From Octopus sinensis (Eukaryota): a stretch of 64,000 nt of DNA. The position numbers and the translations under genes are program-made. The notes beneath the pieces were generated by a model. It did no database searches. It was not told the DNA's origin and saw only the letters and a program-made list of their open reading frames with translations. Positions 1 to 58,760 of this stretch are shown piece after piece; position 1 is the first letter of the stretch, and the number at the start of each line of letters is the position of its first letter. The stretch covers positions 5,518,001 to 5,582,000 of the forward strand of contig NC_043012.1 in NCBI RefSeq assembly GCF_006345805.1, read 5' to 3'.

Positions 1-393
1 GCCAGAGGGGGCTGGCTTCAACCACATTTGGATGGTGTTTTTTACATGCCACCGGCACGTGAGCCAGAGGGGGCTGGCATCGACCACATATGCATGCATA
101 TGCAATGAGTTTCTTTCAGTCTCCACCCACCAAACCCACTCACAAGGCTTTATCTCACTCTTTTTCATGGAACCTGGTTGAGAAATGTTGCTTCAATCCT
201 TTAGCATTCAGATTACTCTGTTAAATGGCATGCATGGTTATGCACAGTTTTGAATTAATCATGCATTATCTCATAACTTCAAGATTTTGGTGATGTTATT
301 TATTTTTAGAATGACATTGTAAGGTAGGTGTGACAGGCCAGATCTGGTTGCTTTGATTGTAAAATGGACAAAATATTTCACGTTAATATAGAT

Positions 394-825
394 TCTTTTC
401 TACTCTAGGCACAAGGTCCGAAATTTTGGGGGATGGGGGCAGCAGTTGATTAGATCGACCCCAGTATGCAACTGGTACTTAATTTATCGACCCTGAAAGG
501 ATGAACAGCAAAGTCGACCTCAGCAGAATTTGAACTCAGAAAGGCAGCAAGCTGGCAGAATCATTGGCACACCGGGCGAAATGCTTAGCAATATTTCGTC
601 TGCCGCAACGTTCTGAGTTCAAATTCCACCAAGGTTGACTTTGCCTTTCATCCTTTCGGGATCGATATAATCGACTTAATCTGTTTGTCTGTCCTTGTTT
701 GTCCCCTCTGTGTGTAGCCCCTTGTGGGTAGTAAAGAAATAAGAATCTGAACTCAGAACATAAAAACAAAATACTGCTAAGCACTTTGCCTGGCGTTGCA
801 ACGTTTCTGCCAGCTTGCTGCCTTA
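394..825. mobile_element. SINE (542-747, +) nested inversely in a same-family SINE (-)
   Basis: 11-bp target duplication TGAACTCAGAA at 531-541 and 748-758. Confidence 0.78.
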
Positions 826-1020
826 ATATAGATTCCAAACACAAACTTGATCATGATATGATTACTTCACTAAATTCTTCATTATTATCAAAATTACTTG
901 AAATCAAAGCCAGTGTATTTTAACAGATGCTAAGTAAGAAAAAGGTTAAATGCGCCTCTTGTTGCTTTTTAATTTTTCTGTGTTGAATTATTGTTTATAA
1001 TGTCAAATATAAAAACTAAC

Positions 1021-45787
<44,767 letters not shown>

Positions 45788-47158
45788 CTGTACATTACAC
45801 ATAAGTCATGATTATACACATGGACACATATATATGTGTATACATGCACATATACACACACACATATACTCATACACAAATATGATGCATCAATGGAGAA
45901 AAAGAGACAGAAATACACAAAGGATTTTACACATTAGCATAGATACTGACTAAACCATCTTAAAAAGACAATTTCTAATTCCAATTACTTAAATTTTACT
46001 TAAATTTTAAGCATAAAACTGAAACTAAATGTCAATTAAAAAAAATGAAATTCATAACCGTTAAGTGCACGAAAGTAATAATTAAAATAGTTTAATTTGT
46101 CAGGACATTAAAAGAATAAGTTAGCCAACAGGCAAAACATCCAACTAAGTACATGAATAATCTGGACGCAAAATCCCTTTATAGTTAAAGATAATTGTAA
46201 GTAAATTGGTATTATTTAGAAATATGTGGAGAAAAAAAAACAGTGCTGAGTGCCAGATTATCTCGCAAATTAACGCCACACATGTAACAGTGGGCAACAG
46301 ACTTTACAGCACACTCAAAGTTAGTAATGCCTCTGCTACAGAGTGGTATGACAAACACAAATTCCCATTTCTCATTCTTTAAGTCTCTAAAACTTCACAG
46401 CAACCATCAATATTTGTTGATGCATCCCCAGAGGAAACCGTCCACACTACCCCTGGAAGAGGGTTTCCGGGAATGATAGCGTAATTCTACAGAGGCATGG
46501 AGATTAAATTAGGAGACAAATATCCACTTTCTTTTGAGCTACATATAGAAGATGTATCTCTGGCAAGCTAAAGAATACCAGTAATATCATTGTATGTAAG
46601 CACATGGCTGATTAATAAAGAATATATTCCTGCTAGGCTATGTATACAATGAGTTTTATAATGTGGAAACCTTGTTAGAACTAAATGACTGAGAGGTTTC
46701 CCATTCCAGGTCATCTACAGATAGAATGTCTTTCTCTATTGGGAAAGTCCAAAAGAAATGCACTGAACAAGACATTTAATTCTAGCAATCAGTTTGTCTT
46801 TTAAACTGCTATAGAGTGTCTTAGATCTCTAGATACTCTTCTGAACATTATAACAACCTGTATCCCACCCATGCATTTCAGTGGATCACAGTCTCAAGAC
46901 TTTGGCCTTATTCGTAGATGGAACATGGTTCTTGTCTTCACTTATTTGACAAAATCGTCTTCGGGAACCAACTTTTATTTATGTACTTGCAAATCAGAAG
47001 CTTTTATGACTTCTCATGTCCATGTTCAAAGTAATAGCAGATCAATCAGCAGACTTCATATGAAGATGGCTGACTCTGCTACCAAAGCAGTTGCGATATG
47101 AATTTCTGTTCTTCATGTAATTAGTTTGAGATGCACACAAACACATACCTTTTAATAT

Positions 47159-47379
47159 TTAACCCTTTAGCAATCAGATTATTCTGTCAAGTGTAATGCT
47201 TATTTATTTACATTGTTTTGAATTCCCCATGCATTACCTTGTAGCTTCAAGATTTTGATGTGATTGTTCATTTTTCAAATGACATTGTAGGACAAGCATG
47301 AGAGACTAGATCTGACCAGTTTGAGCATAAAATAGAATATTTGGGCCAGATACTGCTGCATTAAATGCTAAAGGGTTAA
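47159..47379. mobile_element. TTAA-flanked piggyBac-like MITE family A (other copies near 197, 5877, 15744, 18583, 24058, 52570)
   Basis: TTAA|CCCTTTAGCA...TGCTAAAGGG|TTAA with shared body GACATTGTAGGGTAGGTGTGAGAG. Confidence 0.8.
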
Positions 47380-47925
47380 GATATAAGACGATGGTGGCAA
47401 GTTCACAGAATCATTAGCATACCAGGCAAAATGCTTAGCAGCATTTCATCTGTCTCTGACAAGGTCAACTTTGACTTTTGTCCTTTCAGGGTTGATAAAA
47501 TAAGTACCAGCTGAATTGTGGGAGGGATGAAACTGACTTACCCATGAGCTTGCCAGTCTTGTTCCAATATTTAAGATACAAGCATAAATAAATTGCGAAT
47601 CCATAAATGCCAAAGAAGGTACTGCTCTAAATGCTGAATTACCCAACACAGATGAAAGAAAGTGACCACCTTTGGCTAACTACACAACCATTTGTAGGAT
47701 AATAACTTATGCAACAAAGAAAAGATTACACAATGATGATTAGTGACTCTAATATTAGAAGAGCTGTAAGAGTCCCTTGTCCTGAAATCAATGAATATAC
47801 CCCTATTTGAAGTATTGAGTACTTGACTTAAACAGTGGCTCCCTTCATTTCTAACAAAATTACATATACATACATATATTCTAATATATTACTATGAAAT
47901 TTATATGAAGTATAATATAGTACTA

Positions 47926-48146
47926 TACAAGGGGTACTGAAAAGTTCCTAGCTTTTGGTAAAAGAAAATACAGGAAGAGCAGTTAATTATGATTTTATTC
48001 AACGTATTCCCCTCTCAGATTCACACACTTATTGCAACAGCCCTTCAGATTTTCTAAGCCCTGTAAAAGAACTCAGAAGGTTGGGGCTCCAACTAGGCCT
48101 TTCACAATACTCTTAAAAGCCAGGGACTTGTCGGCAACCCCTGATA
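47926..48146. mobile_element. Mariner-derived MITE
   Basis: Imperfect TIRs TACAAGGGGTACTGAAAAGTTCC / GGGACTTGTCGGCAACCCCTGATA. Confidence 0.7.
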
Positions 48147-50181
48147 TATTAATATGCTTCTAACCAATTAAACAACTTGGCAAAGTACTGCCATACTGGC
48201 ACAACTGCATTTGAAAGAGATATGAAATCACATCTGTGAGGTTGCAACAGTTCATCTTGAACTGTCAGGTAATATAGTACCTTTCCAATCAGATATGCAT
48301 TTAACCATTTATAAACTTTTATAGCCAAAACTTTTTTAGTACCGGATTCCTTATCACATATTGGAATTATGCATTTATATGTCATTTTTAAACAAGAATT
48401 TTTTGATTCAAATCAACACTGAATGAAAAACAAAAAACTGTTAATACAGTTATTTTATCCTTGATAAATCACCAAACTAATCTGAGTTGAAATTTTATGA
48501 TTGAAAAAAACTAGCTGTTTTTTGTTTTTGTTTTTTTTTAATGGGGAGGGGGTTTATTATTTGGATTTTTTTTATTGTTCTTCAAAAGAGAAGCCGAATT
48601 CTCTTTAGAAAGTGTTTCTCAAGATATGTACACATCCCACTGGGGGCAGAGGTATATAGTAATATTCTGGTGTGGTATGGGTCACTCAAAGAATCGGGCA
48701 TGAGTAACAAGTGAATAAACTTGCAATGAAGTTTTAATTAAAACCTCTTTTGAATCTGTAATCATTTTGCTTATTCTTTTTCATGTGGCTGGGTGGTGGT
48801 AGTGGTGGTGGGAGAGGGGACGACTCAGCATCAATGTGGGGCATGGATGGGACAAAAGAGGTTAAACACTGCTTTTAGAAATAAAAGAACAGTCCTCATG
48901 GTCATTGTCATCACATATAGAACACAAGAAGATATGGAACTTTTATTTAAATATATCAAATTTGTTGATTTATTTACACAGCATTTTAGCATTTATATAT
49001 TTAAAAACAGCAAAATTATGAAACAATTATCCTGGAAGTTGAGTGAAATCATTCTATCTGAACTATAATAATAACTTCTTCCCCGCTTCATTTTTTAAAC
49101 CAAAACAATGCAAAAGAATTCCATTAAAAACTTCTCAATATTCATGATATAATAATAATAATATAACACAGTTATTTATAGACGACAAAATATAGAAAAT
49201 ATGAAGAGCCATTTACAATATATAATATATTCACAAAGACATTCAGTATTGTACAGCTATACTATTACAATCATTAATCACTAAAAATGCAGTTGTATGA
49301 TCAATATATCCCATGTGTAAAGCCCAGTACATACACCACAGCTTAAGCAACCTCAACTGCTTTGTCATGCAAGTAGAATCTGTGGACATCTTGTATAATG
49401 TTAGACAGAGCATAACAATGCAACTAAGAACCACCACTACATTTCAAATCAAAAGAGCACCACTACAAATAACTACAAAATTAGTGCATATGACTAGCAA
49501 CCCAAAAACAGCAAGCCAAGCATTGGAGCGAGCCATGTAGTAGTAGTGCCATGTAAGGGCAGTGGAATTGAAAACAAAACAAAAATGATTATTAAAAGAA
49601 TAATTTATATTTTGTTATTTTTTTAAAAAAAAAAAAAGATAAAAATTAAGTCGGGAGAGGCATTAAATTATTCCAAGCATTCACTTACTTAATACTAGCA
49701 AATTACAGCAGAACTAATTAAGACGAAAGAGAGTTGCTAGAATATGCAATCAAAGAGTTTTACACAGAAGGAAGAAAAAAATAGATAAGATAGGATAAAT
49801 AAATACAATGGATGAGCACTTTCTGTTAATAGAGACAGCCGGTGCATGTGTGGGTTCTAGTCAAACGAGAAATGGGGATACTTTTTTTTTTTTATTAAAA
49901 AATAAGAAAAAGCATAGGCAAGTATTAGAAATAGGGAAATAACTTTTTTTTTTTTCATTATTTTTTTCAAAAAGAAAAAAATAAGGGGCAGAAAATAAAA
50001 CCACAGAAAGCTTCTTTAAAAAAAATGTTCCCAGTAGTAAAGAATCCCAGAGTTTCCCTTAGCAAGGAATTCAAGAATAGTCAATAAGTGAAAGAGGAGG
50101 AGGAGGAGGAGAGAATCATTGAAAAGAACCAATTCTGTATTCAATGACTGAAATGAAATTATCTTTCATTCTATAACAAAT

Positions 50182-50226
<45 letters not shown>

Positions 50227-50649
50227 AACACACATACATACACACACACACACATACATATATATATATATGTGTGTGTGTGTGCGCGTATATGAAGTCT
50301 TATTCAATAGTTGTTCTTTTCCACTAGTATTTCGAATTGTTTTTCAAAAATTAATTTTCTTTCAAATCATTACTTTTCACAAATTATTATTATTGTTGGT
50401 TGATAATATTAAATTTTTTCAACACACCATATTCATACATACATGCACATATATGTATGTATATGTGTATGTATGTATGTATAAGTAAATAATTAGCGAA
50501 ACTGGCTATAGTATAACAGAACTGTACAGAGCAGTAAAATACAATAGTATTAACACAGACAGCTCCCACAGTTTGTGGGAGGTGTTGAGGTAAAGGGAAT
50601 GTTAACGGAAACTCTGGCTGATTATTCCACTGGATAGAGACTGAGTTAC

Positions 50650-50709
50650 CTGAGTTGGCCTCTAGAGTGGTCGTAGACTGCAATTCAATCAGCGGCACGC
50701 CACAACCAA
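50650..50709 (-). CDS. Candidate 60-nt phase-1 cassette exon of CHD1 (VGCGVPLIELQSTTTLEANS)
   Basis: cttacttccttctcttggcag acceptor, CAG|gtaact donor, open in the frame required by the phase-1 intron; no homology support. Confidence 0.45.
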
Positions 50710-53700
50710 CTGCCAAGAGAAGGAAGTAAGATGCAGCAATACTGCAGCTACAGAATGATAGCCTGAGTTGATAATATGAAGCTGTTTTGATAATTACGAC
50801 AAGAAATTTAGCGCATGATGATGAGTAAAGAAAGTGATTAAAAAATTTTAAAACGTGAATAGAAACGATGTCTGTAGTTGTCCTTTAAAGACATTTTTGC
50901 TTTCGATTTATGTATTTTTTTTTTTCAATAGTGCTGGCAATAACTTACAATGATTCAGGTAATTCAATATAACTTTTTGCCCTTTTATTCATTTCTATTT
51001 GACTGGAAATGTTACAAGCCAATAAAGGAGCTTTTATACTGTTATTTGATGCACTAGAAACAGCAGCTGAATTTCCCTCAAATTACACCCAACCATCTTT
51101 TCAAAAAAAAAAACAAAAAAAAGACATGATGGGATGGTCATAACTGGAATGCTTTTAATGGTAGGTCTGCTGTATTGGGGTCAATCTGTGACTAACTAAC
51201 AGGTATTCTAGTATACTGAGATTATATATTATATTTTGTGGGTGTTAATTTGTTCAGAAATATCTCTCCCTTAAGAAAGAATACCAGTCTACAACAGGTT
51301 TCAACAAATGGGGAGAGTTCAAACACAGCAAGACAATCAAACATTAACCAATTATGCAGTGCTCCTGCTGCTGACAGCAATAAACTGTTCTTCCTTTGTG
51401 ATACAAATTTACACCTAGATTACAATAGTCATTGAGATTCAAGTCGAAACTTTGGAAGTGAATTTGGTTATAAAAAACTCTGAATGTTATTCTGAGCATG
51501 ATTCTTTATCATAGAATCATGAAACAATACCAAAAAGTGGCAGAATGGCTTCAACTCAAATTGCACCATTGGACTTCTACTGGGACAACTGCAACAGAGA
51601 TAAGTAGGCACAATGCAGCCTCAGTGATAGGATTATAACTTGTCCACATTTCTACAGGCACATTATTGACTTAAACAGCTGCAATCCTCAGATTTGCAAG
51701 TTTAATTTAAATCCAGTTTGGTTCAATGTACATACCCAGGAAGAAGACATCGGGTAAGAATTAAAGATCAAACTAGTCAAAATGCAATGAAAATGTAAAC
51801 AACTTTTTTGTATATAAAGATTTTGCAGTCTCCAAAATTATAACCATATTGAGAAGGAACAGTTTAATTGGAGTAGTGGAGGAGTATTTAGGTATTTATA
51901 TTCATATAATTAGACAATTATTTTAACTTAATTAATGCTTTTGTTCCTATTAAATGAAAATTTCAATGAATGTATTTATAAGCTAGCTTGAAGAACTTTT
52001 GCAAAGATGAGAAAATGTGCAAGTGTACTGTAAAGTAGGCTAAAAAGAGTAGCTGTTTCACCGTCAGAACAATACTGGTGGCTGTTATTTGCGCAATTAA
52101 ATTACCTATTTGACAACAAAAATATAGTCACTCACTACACCTGACAAAACCAGTTTGTGTACTATCAAGGAATTAGCTGGAAATAATTTAGAAAATCTTC
52201 CACCCTCATATTAATTTTCAAACTGACAAAATGAAAACAGTGACTTGATGTGAAGAAAATTTTTTGCATCTAATGTTTTAACAAAAGACTTATAAAGCAT
52301 ATTAAAGTTTTGTTCACTATAAGAAAAAAAATTATGTAAGTAGTAAATCTAATTCAACAGAAAGAATTAAGCTAATAATTTAAGTGTGCAAGATTTTTTT
52401 AACCCTTTCTTTACCATATTTCCTAAAAAAATTACACTGCCTGTGTATTTTAATTGAAAATAATCAAGAATTAGGGAGAATTTAGTAAAACATTTTTTTT
52501 TTTCAAAACTAAGATGGTATTTGGAACTGAAGAAAAGGTTCTTACATATAATTATGATAGAAGTTTCTAATTTAACCCTTCAACATTTGGATTACAGTCA
52601 AATAATCATTTATTCATATCTTGAAATAATCATCCATTATCTCACAGAGCTTTGAGATTTTGATGATGTGATTGTGTATTTTAAAAGTGACATTGTATGG
52701 TGGATGTGAGAAGCTAGATGTGGCTGGTTTGAACATAAAACAAGCAGAATATTTTGGCTGGATATGACCAGTTTTAATGCTAAAAGGGTAAATATGAAAA
52801 CTTTGAAATTAGAGGTGATTTCAGGCGAGCTGACATTAAGAAAATTTAATAACAGTTACTGCCACTAACTTACTAAACTAAAACCATTTTCTAAGCATTA
52901 ACCCTATTCAAATTTTCTTCTCTTCCGAGCAGTAAGAAATACCCAAAATAGTTTGAGAACATGAATAAAAATTTTTCCTTGAAGGCGATAACAAAAAAAA
53001 AAAAATTAAAATAGAAAAGAAATTCTCAGATAAATTGATTATAGATTGTATATTTACTTTTAAAACTTTACTAAATCAAGATATGGTTTTATATTTTAAA
53101 ACAGCAAAGAATTAAAAAGAAAAAATGGATTATGGTTAAAAATAAATAGATTTTCTTTCAAGTGTTTAAATTCAAAATAGATGAAAGGACTAGAAGATTA
53201 TATTTTTTCTTCTTGGAAATAACTTCTTTGATCTATGTTAACGAATAAGGAAGACAAAAGTTTTGCTATTGCTCTATTATATTTCAGAGACAAAGCAAGT
53301 AGCAAAGTGTAACATGACTCAAAGTAATTAATATATCTGATCTTTAAAAGCTAATTTCAGATATCAATAGTTAGATAACTCACTAAGCTGCAACATGAAT
53401 ATTCATGTAAAATGGTTAATAATAGAAGGGCATCAAATGAATAAAAAAAATTTTAAATCACCTTATACCCAACCACCAAAGAAACACAAATAGAGATTGA
53501 CAGTTTTCAAGGATGATAAAAGATTGCGACAGACCCATCCAACAATGATGATGATGACGACAACGACGAAAATAATGACTGATGACACAAAATACAAAAT
53601 CTAAAAACAATAATGTTATTTACTAATTAGTTTCTTAATGATTTTCATCAATATCAGCAGTTCAAAATTTTGAAGTATTTTTACTGATATTGTTTACTAG

Positions 53701-53747
53701 ATAAATTTATAATACTGCTTATACGTGTCTGCGTATGTATGTATATA

Positions 53748-54155
53748 CTCTTTTACTTGTTTCAGTCATTTGACTGCGGCTATGCTGGAGCACCGCCTTT
53801 AGTCGAGCAAATCAACCCTGGGACTTATTCTTTGTAAGCCTGGTACTTATTCTATCGGTCTCTTTTGCCAAACCGCTAAGTAACGGGGACATAAACACAC
53901 CAGCATCAGTTGTCAAGCAATGATAGGGGGACAAACACAGGCACACAAACATACGCACACATATATATATATATATATATATACATATATACGACGGGCT
54001 TCTTTTAGTTTCCGTCTACCAAGTCCACTCACAAGGCTTTGGTCGGCCCAAGGCTATAGTAGAAGACACTTGCCCAAGATGCCATGCAGTGGGACTGAAC
54101 CCGGAACCATGTGGTTGGTAAGCAAGCCACTTACCACACAGCCACTCCTGTGCCT
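53748..54155 (-). mobile_element. Full-length tRNA-headed SINE with CORE-like segment (many partial copies in window)
   Basis: A/B boxes TGGCTGTGTGG...GGTTCAGTCCC, TTGGGCAAGTG, tail CAGCATAGCCGCAGTCAAATGACTGAAAC. Confidence 0.8.
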
Positions 54156-54176
54156 ATATATTTATATAATATATAT

Positions 54177-54226
<50 letters not shown>

Positions 54227-55639
54227 CATACATACATACATATATATATAGAGAGAGATCTTTATATCTTGCTTATCATTTTTAACGTGTATATGTCTGT
54301 TGTCATGTAATAACAATGACAAATGTCAGTCCTTCCAGATCAAGCAAAAAGTGGAGTAACAAATATGACATGGACAGAGTAAATAGAAGAAATGTAGATG
54401 TAACTGCTAAAGTTGATGATTTAGTAGACAAGAGCTTTATAATAATAGCAAGTTACATGCACACACACGCAATATTAAGGGGACAAATTCACTAGACATT
54501 TGATGTTGTTTAAAGCAGAGAATGCTTAAAATATCGTTATGCATTCAAGAAACAAGTATCCTCCAGTGTAGGTTACTAGTCTATCACAGACAACTTACTC
54601 TGAAGTGTTGATTATTTCCTCAATGAGTAAAACAAATAAAAGACTCTCATTACAAAAATATGAAATGACAAGTCATAGGCCAGTAGCCTTGTCTTGTCAC
54701 TGGTGACACCACAACAATCAAATACAGTTCACACAAGCTGGAGAAAGCAGCCAAGTCTACCTACGAATTACACACCTTGAAAAAGGGTGGAAAATAAAAT
54801 AATGTAGTTCTGGATACACTATTTTTGAAAACAGGATGGAATGTTTCCAGTTGGAATGCCTTGTGTCCATACATTTGCTCTATCTGAGCTGACCCGTGGC
54901 TAAACAACAATAGCGCAATTCACAGATGGTTAATGAAGACAAAGAATCAGCTGCAAGTTTAATCATGAAATATGACTTGACATCGTTTCCAAATACACCA
55001 ATTCATTTGTCGACATCTCCCAAAGAAGATTGACAACTTAATAAGACTAGCATTAATATCATAAATAATGCAAAAATGGTTCTAGACATTATAATGTGAA
55101 GCTCAGATTTATATAATGTGCCAGTCAAACACTAAGGTTGATATAATTGACTTCCCACAAAATTGCTGGCTTTGTGTCAAAATTCGAAATCATTGATATC
55201 ATAAATAATACAAAAACAATTCCAGACATTATAACATGGCATTCAGATTTGAAACCAATAAACCTAGCAGTGAAACTACATAAGAAAATATCTAATAAGA
55301 GAGAATGGAGAACTATTTACATCTACAACAGAAAAGATGTCATAAAAAAGTAAGACAGCAACATAAGTTCATCAAAGTTCTACAACTTCTAACACAAGTT
55401 CTTCGGGAGTTTACTGTACAGAGCACCCAGGAAAAAGTAGAGGGATGGACCATTCATGAATAACAAACATTGCACCAAATGATAAATTAACACTAGTAAA
55501 TGAACCCAAAAGATGCTAAAATTAAAACTCTTATAAGAAACCCAAAGCATGTGAATCTGTGAAAAAGCTGCTATTGGCAGCAATTTGTAAATTCAATTTC
55601 ATATGTAAAAGTTATAAATTTCAACTCTGTAAGAAGCAT

Positions 55640-56337
55640 CGGATGTGGCATGCAAGAGATGTTTGTGCTGATATGGTCATGTACTATGGATGAATGAGGA
55701 GAGCTGTGTGAAGAAGTGCCACTCCCAAACAGTTGAAGGAATCCGGGGTAAAGGTAGACCCAGGAAGACATGGGATGAGGTGGTGAAGCATGACCTTCAA
55801 ACGTTGGACCTCAAAGAGGCAATGACGAAAGATCGAGACCTCTGGAGATATGCTGTGACTGCTAAGACCCAGCAAATAAAGTGAGTTCACAGCTGTAACC
55901 TACACCAGTATCGCATAACCAGCCCCAGCCCACTCAAAAGTACCTTGGATCGTAGGGTGACATGCTGTGCTTGAGGAGACCTATTAAGTACATCAAAATC
56001 AAATGGAAATTGTAATTGTGATCCCCATGCTAGTGGCACGTCAAAAGCACCATCCAAACGTGGCTGATGCCAGCGCCATCTTGACTGGTTTCTGTGCCAG
56101 TGGCATGTAAAAAGCGCCAACTGATCATGGTCGTTGCCAGCCCCCTTCTGGCCCCTGTGCCGGTGGCATGTAAAAAGCACCCACTACACTCTCGGAGTGA
56201 TTGGTGTTAGGAAGGGCATCCAGCTGTAGAAACTCTGCCAGATCAGACTGGAGCCTGGCACAGCCTCCTGACTTCCAATTGAACCATCTAACCCATGCCA
56301 GCATGGAAAACGGACATTACACAATGATGAAGATGAT
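55640..56337 (+). mobile_element. Older RTE LINE 3' fragment
   Basis: CVKKCHSQTVEGIRGKGRPRKTW plus the same 3' UTR and tail. Confidence 0.85.
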
Positions 56338-56996
56338 GTTATATTTGGTCATACAGATACAACACTTGCCTAATGGCTGACTATTCACTTACAACAAACA
56401 GCAATTGCAATGCACTTCATCACACAAAATAAAACTAAACAGGAAAACATTAGTAAAACCATTTACACTAAACAAAATTCTCCACAAAAATACATGATTA
56501 ATGACGTAAGCAACCCTCAGAGCCCATCAGAACACACACACAACATACACTAGCCACAAACCCCAAATAAACATCTGACGTGATGCATAGATATAACGTT
56601 TGAAATCCATATTCCTGTGGTAATGTTTACACCGTCCATACTGCTGCAACATAAGCCAACATAAGTTCACCCTGGGAATAATGAATGGAGGGGGGGAGGG
56701 GGCAAAAATATGTCGATTTAGGAAATCAACTGCTCGACATGAACTGCAGAAAACACCTGATAAGGAAAAGATAAAAATCATGTATTCACTACAAGATGTC
56801 TACTACGGAAAGTGTTCTTCATAAAGCATATAAAGCATATGTGAGTGTGTGGTTAGGAAGCTTGGTTTCCAACCATGTAGTATCAGGTTCAGTCCCACTG
56901 TGCAGCATGTGCCTTCACAAGGGCAAAGCCTTGTGAGTGGATTTGGTAGATGGAAACTGAAAGAAACTCATTTTGTGTGTGTGTGTGTGTGTGTGT

Positions 56997-57303
56997 GAAC
57001 ATGTAAGAAAACAGCACAGCTCCCATGACTTCAGGAAACATTTTTTCACGCTGAGAGTTGCTGAAGCATGGAACAAACTGCCGGCATCAGTTGTTAGTTG
57101 TCGGAGCACTGCATCCTTCAAAACTTCCATGCTTCCTGAGATTCACCAACACTACACTTGATTTTCTCCCCTCCATACACACACAAGCATGTATCTGACT
57201 CATACATTGTTCCCTTTCCAGACAGTTCTACATTACTGCATATACTTTATATGCACTTTCTGACAAGTTTTGGTGCACCTGGGCACTGTATACAATAATT
57301 TCA

Positions 57304-57330
<27 letters not shown>
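56997..57330 (+). mobile_element. CR1-type LINE 3' end
   Basis: RKHFFTLRVAEAWNKLPASVV..FK C-terminal motif; (ATT)n tail. Confidence 0.82.
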
Positions 57331-57334
<4 letters not shown>

Positions 57335-58760
57335 GTGTATACACACATGTGTGAGTATCCTTTTCTTGACATCAGGTGATGGTTGTAAATGAGTATCACT
57401 GTCATACAAGCAATGTTGTTCATGTCTGGTCTTCCATGGAAAAACATGTCTAGCAATGGGGAAGCATTACTTGCTTGGAAACGGGTGAAGGTTGCAGACA
57501 GGAAGGACATTTGGCCATAGAAAATCTGCCTCAACAAATTCCATATGATCCATTCAAGCAGAGTAAAATGGATATATGATGATATATCATCATCATCATC
57601 ATTTAACACCTGCTTTTCAAGCTGGCATGAGTTGGACAGTTCGACAGGGAATTGATGAGGTGGCGCAAAAGATAAAAACTACTCCACACCTTAAAGTTGA
57701 AACTAAAATAAGCTGGAAACATCAATAAAAATGAATCTTGAGAACTTTATTGTACCAAACGAACTATAAGAGATACTATGCAGACACAAGGAAACTCTGG
57801 TAAATAAACAAAATAAGATAAAATTAAAAACATAGTCATGTTTTTGATATATGTTTAAAAGACAGGCCAATGCAAAGTTGCAGAAAGTGCATTGAGAGGA
57901 GTGTATGAGCCACATACAAGTGTACGAATGTTTCAGACATTTCCAAGCTGTTCCCCTTGACAATATGATGAGCTGGTGGGGCTATGCTAAAGCAATGGGT
58001 AGCAAGCAAGGTGTGCTTATGCTTACATAGCAATGGAAAAGAGAGGGTTTAGAGGTCAGTCCCTCAGCAGAGTTAACAATATACTCAGCATCACAGGGGC
58101 CCATCATGGAAAGCTATCAAACTGACTATCAACTGAGTGTGGAGGCAGTGGAGGCTGCCTCAATGTGGCCATGGATCAGGAGGGATAAGCCCTAGGAGGG
58201 GCAGTGTTTAACTAGAGATAAGCTAGGGCTTGATCAACCTGGGTGAGTGTCATCATCATCATCATCGTCGTTTAACGTCCGTTCTCCATGCTAGCATGTG
58301 TGTCTGTTGATAAAAGACACAGAACACATGAGCCAAAGAAAAATCACTAATGGTGTGTCCAGGTGTATCACAGCAAAACTATAAGTATACATGGGCGTAT
58401 ATATGTGGTAGGTGTACAAGAGTAGGTAGCAGTCAAAACACCAGTAAAATAAATTCTTTCCAATGCTTAGAAAGCACAACAGGAATAGCAGCAACCTAAT
58501 CAGTGATACAGGAGACGACATTGAAAGTGTAGTAGCCAGATTGAGAACAGAGGGGGTAGAATTCAAGGAACTATTTCTTCTGTCAGCAGCTAGAAGATTC
58601 TTTTATGATGTTTGTATATGAAGGTGTGATGTGGACACTGAATACAGAGGATGAGCGAAGTCTGGAAAGAAATAAAGCAAGCATGCTCTATTGGATGGGT
58701 AGTGTTAATATGCATGTTATAGGTAAGCTCAAAGAATGAATGGGTACAAGAGAAACCAAA

